A stretch of 64,000 nt of DNA from NCBI GenBank assembly GCA_965208835.1, contig OZ242358.1, forward strand, positions 1,984,001 through 2,048,000. Direction: 5' to 3'. Made by a program: the position numbers and the translations under genes. How positions within the stretch are numbered: the stretch's first letter is position 1; each line of letters opens with the position of its first letter. The stretch comes from Candidatus Latescibacterota bacterium. GTDB taxonomy: Bacteria > Latescibacterota > UBA2968 > GCA-2709665. Below are positions 58,540 through 64,000 of this stretch, piece after piece. The notes under the pieces are model-generated. The model was not told the DNA's origin and made no database searches. It saw only the letters and a program-made list of their open reading frames with translations.

Positions 58540-58704
58540 AGAAGCTGTATTAGAATTGCCGGTGCGTTCCCGAGCGCGAGCGAAAGGGTGTCGGTCCAGG
58601 CGGGCGAATTCGCCCCTATCTTAATGATAAGGGTGGATTCGACCAACGCAGACCGACGCGTTTGCAGCCGCGCGAAGACCGCTGGGAATTGCAATACAGC
58701 TTCT
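58540..58704. mobile_element. MITE-like element family B, copy 2
   Basis: AGAAGCTGTATT...AATACAGCTTCT TIR. Shares TTCCCGAGCGCGAGCGAAA and GCGAAGACCGCTGGGAATT with 45386-45573. Confidence 0.78.
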
Positions 58705-58727
58705 GAAGGAAGGAGCGGAATTTCAGA

Positions 58728-59219
58728 ATGATCCGGTGGACGTGTGTCCTGGGATTGGCGGCCTCCCTTATTGTCGGGTGCGCCCGCGAGTCCGCGGACG
58801 AGTTGTTTTCAAAAGGGGAGGCGGCGGCTCACAAGCAGGCGACCTATCCGCAGGCGGAAGTACATCTCAGAAAGTTCCTGGATTTTTATCCGGATGATCC
58901 AAGGGCAGACCTGGCGCTACACGGTCTTGCGCGCGTGCTGCTGAATCGACACAAATTCGACGAGGCCGTCGGGACTTATGAAACGCTGGTTCGGCGTTTC
59001 CCGGAAAGCCGGTACGCCGATCAGGCCCAGTTTATGATCGGGTACACCTACGACCTCCAGGGTGAATTTGAAAAAGCCCGCGAAGCTTATCAGAAGGTCA
59101 TCGATATGTTCCCGAAGTCTGAATTGAATGACGATGCCACCATTTCGATCCGGAATCTCGGTAAGCCGCCCGAGGATTGGTTTCCCGTCGATTCGACTTC
59201 GGCCGCAGGTGGAAACTGA
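58728..59219 (+). CDS. TPR lipoprotein (BamD/YbgF-like)
   Basis: Lipobox IVGC. TPR helices with YP.D, FPES and FPKS turns. Confidence 0.82.
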   Translation: MIRWTCVLGLAASLIVGCARESADELFSKGEAAAHKQATYPQAEVHLRKFLDFYPDDPRADLALHGLARVLLNRHKFDEAVGTYETLVRRFPESRYADQAQFMIGYTYDLQGEFEKAREAYQKVIDMFPKSELNDDATISIRNLGKPPEDWFPVDSTSAAGGN

Positions 59220-59350
59220 ACCTGGGACGGATGTGACAGGTTCGGAACGAGATCCGTGCCGCCGCGCCCGACCCGACTTCACTCACCGTTGCAGGCTGTC
59301 AACAAGCCCGTGGAGCCATGGTTTCTCAACATTCTGTCAACGCAACCCGG

Positions 59351-59393
59351 CCGGACGGTATCGGTGTATTCGGAAACCGTCCGGTGTTCTTTT
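59351..59393 (+). terminator. possible terminator hairpin
   Basis: CCGGACGGT...ACCGTCCGG followed by TGTTCTTTT. Confidence 0.4.
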
Positions 59394-59430
59394 GGAACCT
59401 GATTTTGAATCAGCTTCTTAGGATACAACG

Positions 59431-60426
59431 ATGACGATCGCAGCCGATATACAGCAACTGAACGATGAAGTGGAACGGGAGAGCGCGTTCGTCCAGCGCC
59501 TCACGGGCGAGGTGGGCCGGGTGATCGTGGGTCAGCAGCCCATGGTTGAACGGCTGTTGATCGGGTTGCTGTGCAACGGCCACGTGTTGCTGGAAGGCGT
59601 GCCCGGTCTGGCAAAGACATTAACGATCACCACGATGGCGCGGGCAATCCAGTCCTCTTTCAGCCGCATTCAGTTCACGCCCGATCTGTTGCCTGCGGAC
59701 CTGATCGGCACCATGATCTACAACCAGGCGACAGGCGAATTCGTACCGAAGAAAGGGCCTGTCTTCGCGCAACTCGTACTCGCCGACGAAGTGAACAGGG
59801 CGCCCGCCAAGGTTCAGAGCGCGATGCTCGAGGCGATGCAGGAGCGCCAGGTGACCATCGGCGACAGGACCTTCCTCATGGACGATCCGTTTCTTGTCCT
59901 TGCCACTCAGAATCCAATAGAGCAGGAGGGAACCTATCCCCTTCCCGAGGCGCAGGTGGACCGCTTCATGATGAAGGTCCGCGTCACCTATCCGCGGCGT
60001 GAAGAGGAACGGGAGATCATCGACCGGATGGAGGGCGGTGAACCCCCGGCCGCTAACCCCGTTGTCCGGCCTGAAGACATCATTCGGGCGCGGGGGGTCG
60101 TCGACCGGGTGTACGTCGACGATAAGATCAAGGACTACATCGTGAACCTGATGATGGCAACTCGGGATCCGGCGGCTTCAGGTATCCAGGATCTCAACGC
60201 GCTGATCGAATGTGGTTGTTCGCCGCGCGGCTCCATCTTCCTGACGCGCGCGGCAAAGGCCCACGCCTTCCTGAGGCGCCGGGGTTACGTGACGCCGGAG
60301 GACGTGAAAGCCATGGGTCTGGACATTCTCCGCCATCGGGTGATCGTAACGTACGAAGCCGAAGCGGAAGAGGTCGATTCAGAGGACATCGTCCGCCGGA
60401 TATTCGATCACGTCGAGGTGCCCTGA
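59431..60426 (+). CDS. moxR: MoxR family AAA+ ATPase
   Basis: HVLLEGVPGLAKT, RIQFTPDLLPAD, DEVNRAPAKVQSA, ATQNPIEQEGTYPLPEAQ.DRF. Confidence 0.95.
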   Translation: MTIAADIQQLNDEVERESAFVQRLTGEVGRVIVGQQPMVERLLIGLLCNGHVLLEGVPGLAKTLTITTMARAIQSSFSRIQFTPDLLPADLIGTMIYNQATGEFVPKKGPVFAQLVLADEVNRAPAKVQSAMLEAMQERQVTIGDRTFLMDDPFLVLATQNPIEQEGTYPLPEAQVDRFMMKVRVTYPRREEEREIIDRMEGGEPPAANPVVRPEDIIRARGVVDRVYVDDKIKDYIVNLMMATRDPAASGIQDLNALIECGCSPRGSIFLTRAAKAHAFLRRRGYVTPEDVKAMGLDILRHRVIVTYEAEAEEVDSEDIVRRIFDHVEVP

Positions 60427-60430
60427 CACG

Positions 60431-61312
60431 ATGATTCCTGCTGAAATACTCAAGAAAGTGCGTCGCATCGAACTGCGCACGCGGTACCTGGTCGACACCG
60501 TGTTCTCCGGAGAGTACCATTCCGTTTTCAAGGGGCAGGGGATGGCGTTCGCCGAAGTCCGTGAATACCAGTTGGGAGACGATATCCGGTCGATAGACTG
60601 GAACGTCACCGCCCGGATGGGACACCCCTTCGTCAAAGTGTACGACGAAGAACGTGAGCTGACGGTGATGTTGATGGTGGACGCCAGCGCATCCGGAGAT
60701 TTCGGCACGGTGTCGCAGATGAAGGGGGAAATCGGGGTCGAGATCTGCGCTCTGCTGGCATTCTCGGCCATTCAGAACAACGATCGCGTGGGCCTGATCG
60801 TCTTCACGGACGACGTGGAGGTGTTTATCCCGCCCAAAAAGGGCAGGATGCACGTGCTGCGCGTGATCCGGGAACTGTTGTACTTCAGACCCAGTCGCCG
60901 GGGTACGGACATCGGCGCGGCGTTGGACTATCTCAACCGGATCAACAAACGAAAGAGCGTAGTTTTTCTCGTCTCCGACTTTCTGGCGTCCGGCTATGAG
61001 GCCGCGTTGCGGGTGTCCGGCAAGCGACACGACCTGATTGCGGTCGTTCTCCAGGACCCGAGAGAACGTGAATTGCCCGATGTCGGTCTGGTTGAGCTGG
61101 AAGACGCCGAGACGGGACGGGAGATGCTCGTCGATACGTCCGACCCGGAGTTTCGGTATCTCTTCAGGCAGTTGAACGACAGGGCGGAGGAACGCAGGGA
61201 TCAGGTGTTCCGTTCGGTGGGCATCGACCGCGTCGATATCCATACCGAGTCGACGTACGTGGACGCGTTGATGCGTTTCTTCAGGAAACGGGCGCAACAG
61301 ATCGCGGCGTAG
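60431..61312 (+). CDS. DUF58 domain-containing protein
   Basis: G..FAEVREY..GDDIRSIDWNVTAR, EERE, D.SAS, SDF. Confidence 0.93.
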   Translation: MIPAEILKKVRRIELRTRYLVDTVFSGEYHSVFKGQGMAFAEVREYQLGDDIRSIDWNVTARMGHPFVKVYDEERELTVMLMVDASASGDFGTVSQMKGEIGVEICALLAFSAIQNNDRVGLIVFTDDVEVFIPPKKGRMHVLRVIRELLYFRPSRRGTDIGAALDYLNRINKRKSVVFLVSDFLASGYEAALRVSGKRHDLIAVVLQDPRERELPDVGLVELEDAETGREMLVDTSDPEFRYLFRQLNDRAEERRDQVFRSVGIDRVDIHTESTYVDALMRFFRKRAQQIAA

Positions 61313-61322
61313 GGAGGCCGAT

Positions 61323-62258
61323 GTGATCGAAGTTGATCATTTGACCAAACAGTACGGGTCGCTGGTGGCGGTGAAGGACCTGACGTTTAATGTCGAAAAG
61401 GGAGAAGTGGTCGGATTCCTCGGTCCCAACGGCGCGGGAAAGACCACCACCATGCGTATTCTGACGTGTTTTCAGCCGGCGACGCTGGGGACCGCCCGGA
61501 TCGCCGGATTCGACGTTTTCGACGAACCGATGGAGGTCAAGAGGCGCATCGGGTACCTTCCGGAGCATCCGCCGGTCTACAGCGACATGTACGTGCATTC
61601 GTATCTGGACTTTGTCGCGCAGATAAAGGGCGTGCCGTCACATAATCGAAGGTCTCGGGTGGACAGCGCGATGGAACGATGCGGGATAACGGATCGGGCG
61701 AAACAGCTGATCGGCCAGTTGTCGAAGGGTTATCGCCAGCGGGTGGGAATCGCCCAGGCCATTCTGCACGATCCGGACGTCATTATCCTGGATGAGCCGA
61801 CCATCGGACTGGACCCCAACCAGATTCAGGAGATTCGCCGGTTAATCCGCGGACTGGGCCGCGAACACACGGTGATTCTGAGCACACACATACTGCCCGA
61901 GGTGGAAATGACCTGCGACCGCGTGATCATCATCAACAGGGGTCGGATCGCGGCCGTGGATACGCCTGAAAACCTCACGGCGAATGCGTCGGGCAACCGG
62001 CGGTATTACGTCGCGGTGTCGGGCGATTTGGATGCTGCCGCCGACGCTATCGGGGAAGTCCCGGGTGTCGTGGACGTCAGGCGCGCAAGCGAGAACCCGG
62101 CATTGGAGGTCGACGTTTCCGGCGAAACCGATATGCGCCCGGCGATTGCGTCCAGGCTGGTGGAGCGCGACCTCGGGCTGGTGGAATTAAGGCCGATTAC
62201 CGCCAGACTGGAAGACATCTTCCACGAATTGACGACAAGCGAGGAGGCGACCTCCTGA
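61323..62258 (+). CDS. ABC-2 transporter ATP-binding protein (GldA-like)
   Basis: GPNGAGKTT, LSKGYRQRVG, LDEPT.GLDP.Q. Confidence 0.92.
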   Translation: MIEVDHLTKQYGSLVAVKDLTFNVEKGEVVGFLGPNGAGKTTTMRILTCFQPATLGTARIAGFDVFDEPMEVKRRIGYLPEHPPVYSDMYVHSYLDFVAQIKGVPSHNRRSRVDSAMERCGITDRAKQLIGQLSKGYRQRVGIAQAILHDPDVIILDEPTIGLDPNQIQEIRRLIRGLGREHTVILSTHILPEVEMTCDRVIIINRGRIAAVDTPENLTANASGNRRYYVAVSGDLDAAADAIGEVPGVVDVRRASENPALEVDVSGETDMRPAIASRLVERDLGLVELRPITARLEDIFHELTTSEEATS

Positions 62259-63034
62259 TGGGAAACATCGCCGCGGTATTCTGGAAGGAAATGCGTTCCT
62301 ATTTCGGCTCGCCGATCGCCTATGTGGTTGCGACGGGGTTCCTGGTGATGATGGGATATCTCTTCCAGAACGAGGTCGTGGAGTTTCGCGCGAAGTGCCT
62401 GAATTATACGTTTCAGCATCAGGAGCATGGCGTCGATCCGCCGAACGTGAACGAGGACGTCGTTTTCCATTTTTTCCTCAGCCAGTGTCTCGTCTGGCTG
62501 GTGGTGACGCCAATGCTGACGATGAGACTGTTCGCGGAGGAGAAGGGGTCCGGGACGATCGAACTTCTGATGACGTCTCCTCTGACCACGTGGCAGATCA
62601 TACTCGGCAAATTCGCTTCCTGTCTCGGCCTGTATGTCATTATCGAACTGTTGCTTCTCTCATTGATCGTTGTCGTGTCGTTCTACGGTGATTTGAACTG
62701 GGCGCGGGTACTCTCCGCATGCGCCGCGATCATGCTGCTGGGAGGATCGTTCATCAGCGTGGGCATTCTGGCCTCCTCGCTCACCGACAAGCAGATCGTC
62801 GCGGTGGTCATCGCGTTTGTCCTCCTCCTTCTGCTCTTTGTCGTGCGGTATTCGCCCGAACTCATCGGGCGCGAATGGGCAACCGTTCTGTTCTATCTTT
62901 CGCTGATCGATCACACGAGGGATATGGCGCGCGGCGTGGTCGACAGCAGCGATGTGATCTTCTTTCTGACTTTTACATTCTTCTTTCTCTTCTTAACGCA
63001 CGCCGCGCTTGAATCGCGCCGCTGGAGGCGATAG
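62258..63034 (+). CDS. ABC-2 transporter permease (GldF-like)
   Basis: KE..SYF.SP.AY, TMRLFAEEK.SGT.ELL.TSP. Confidence 0.9.
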   Translation: MGNIAAVFWKEMRSYFGSPIAYVVATGFLVMMGYLFQNEVVEFRAKCLNYTFQHQEHGVDPPNVNEDVVFHFFLSQCLVWLVVTPMLTMRLFAEEKGSGTIELLMTSPLTTWQIILGKFASCLGLYVIIELLLLSLIVVVSFYGDLNWARVLSACAAIMLLGGSFISVGILASSLTDKQIVAVVIAFVLLLLLFVVRYSPELIGREWATVLFYLSLIDHTRDMARGVVDSSDVIFFLTFTFFFLFLTHAALESRRWRR

Positions 63035-63037
63035 AGG

Positions 63038-64000
63038 ATGATGGGAATCTTCCGTTCACGTCTGTTCAAATTCGGTTCGAGTACCATGGTTGCCGTTCTC
63101 GCGCTGCTTGCGATTGTGGTTGCGATCAACTATCTGGCCACGCGCTATCACCAACGGATCGACGTGACCGAGGGCAGTATGCACAGCCTTTCCGATCAGA
63201 CCGCGACACTGCTGGATTCGTTGACGACGGACGTGCACGTCCTGGCCTTTTTCCACGATACCGACCCGGAAACGGCCGGATTCGTGGAGAGACTTGAAGC
63301 TTACGCATACCACTCCGGCAGGTTCACGTTTAAAATGGTTGACCCGGCGGTACATCCCGGTGAAGCCAGGCGATACGGCGTGGGCAAACCACGCATCTCG
63401 GTCGTGATGTCGGCCGAACGTGAAGAACGGATTTCGGGAACCGAGGAGAATCACCTGACGAATGCGGTGGCCAAGGTCGTCCGGAAACGCGACAAAACCG
63501 TCTACTTTTCAACGGGACATGGAGAACGGACGCTGACGGCGCCTGAAGGGGATTTCATCCGCGTCGGGCAGGCATTGAAGGAAGCGGGGTACGGGGTTCG
63601 GGACACCCTCGTCCTGGATGCGGGGAAGGGCGTGCCTGCGGATTGCGATCTGCTGATCGTGGCCGGACCGACGGTTGCATTCTCCCGGACCGAGGCGGAT
63701 TCGATCCGCAACTATCTCGCCGGAGGCGGTTCCGGGTTGTTTATGTTCGACCCGGGCGGCGAAACCGGTCTCGAGTCGTTGCTCGCGGGATGGGGTATCC
63801 AGGTCAACAATGACTACGTCCTGGGATGGGGACCGGGCGACCCCTCGATGCCGGGCTCGGTCTGGTATGCGAGGCATCCGGTTACGGAGAAACACCGAAA
63901 ACGCAATCTGCGGACCTTCTACAGGCTTGCGCGATCCGTCGCCTTGTTGGAAGGCACCGCCGGTATGCAGACTCACGAATTGGTGACGACGCATCCGCGC
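63038..64000 (+). CDS. GldG-family ABC transporter auxiliary component, 3'-truncated by the window edge
   Basis: N-terminal TM, R.D.T....SLS.QT, YFSTGHGE, VP.DCDLLIVAGP, YL.GGG. Frame is open to the window end. Confidence 0.85.
   Translation, partial: MMGIFRSRLFKFGSSTMVAVLALLAIVVAINYLATRYHQRIDVTEGSMHSLSDQTATLLDSLTTDVHVLAFFHDTDPETAGFVERLEAYAYHSGRFTFKMVDPAVHPGEARRYGVGKPRISVVMSAEREERISGTEENHLTNAVAKVVRKRDKTVYFSTGHGERTLTAPEGDFIRVGQALKEAGYGVRDTLVLDAGKGVPADCDLLIVAGPTVAFSRTEADSIRNYLAGGGSGLFMFDPGGETGLESLLAGWGIQVNNDYVLGWGPGDPSMPGSVWYARHPVTEKHRKRNLRTFYRLARSVALLEGTAGMQTHELVTTHPR

Noticed and set aside
59291-59337. Degenerate CAGGCTGT...TCAACATTCTG resembling family C ends
   Set aside because: Too short and too diverged to assign.
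61323-64000. Gliding motility inferred from Gld-like genes
   Set aside because: GldAFG-like ABC systems are common in non-gliding bacteria, and no other gld/spr genes are in the window.

Overview
GC-rich bacterial chromosomal window with about 49 protein-coding genes. I found no rRNA, tRNA, CRISPR array or transposase. The gene repertoire resembles uncultured FCB-group lineages such as Latescibacterota or Gemmatimonadota; this is inference only. Contents in order: (1) a catabolic run (D-aminoacylase, beta-propeller glycosidase, PhyH dioxygenase, ceramidase-like hydrolase); (2) an NHL lipoprotein, TlpA, outer-membrane beta-barrel and methyltransferase cassette, in which the barrel's signal peptide is only reached by reading through an in-frame TGA followed by a SECIS-like hairpin (candidate selenoprotein); (3) a methylated-amine cluster (mgsC/glxD, tdm, divergent amt, fhs, gmaS/glnT) that has no tmm or dmm genes in this window but carries an ACAD-fold flavoprotein, a flavin reductase and an unknown small protein; (4) a minus-strand DegT aminotransferase, heparinase-like, hydantoinase and PHP-hydrolase operon; (5) rhodanese/MauE and an ASPIC-UnbV pair; (6) transporters, including a polyamine-type ABC system with two binding proteins; (7) a frameshifted oligogalacturonate-lyase-like gene; (8) TPR-MoxR-DUF58-GldAFG-like genes. 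Intergenic regions hold at least four families of MITE-like inverted-repeat elements, several starting exactly at stop codons, plus hairpin elements built from phased 7-, 8- and 9-bp repeats.
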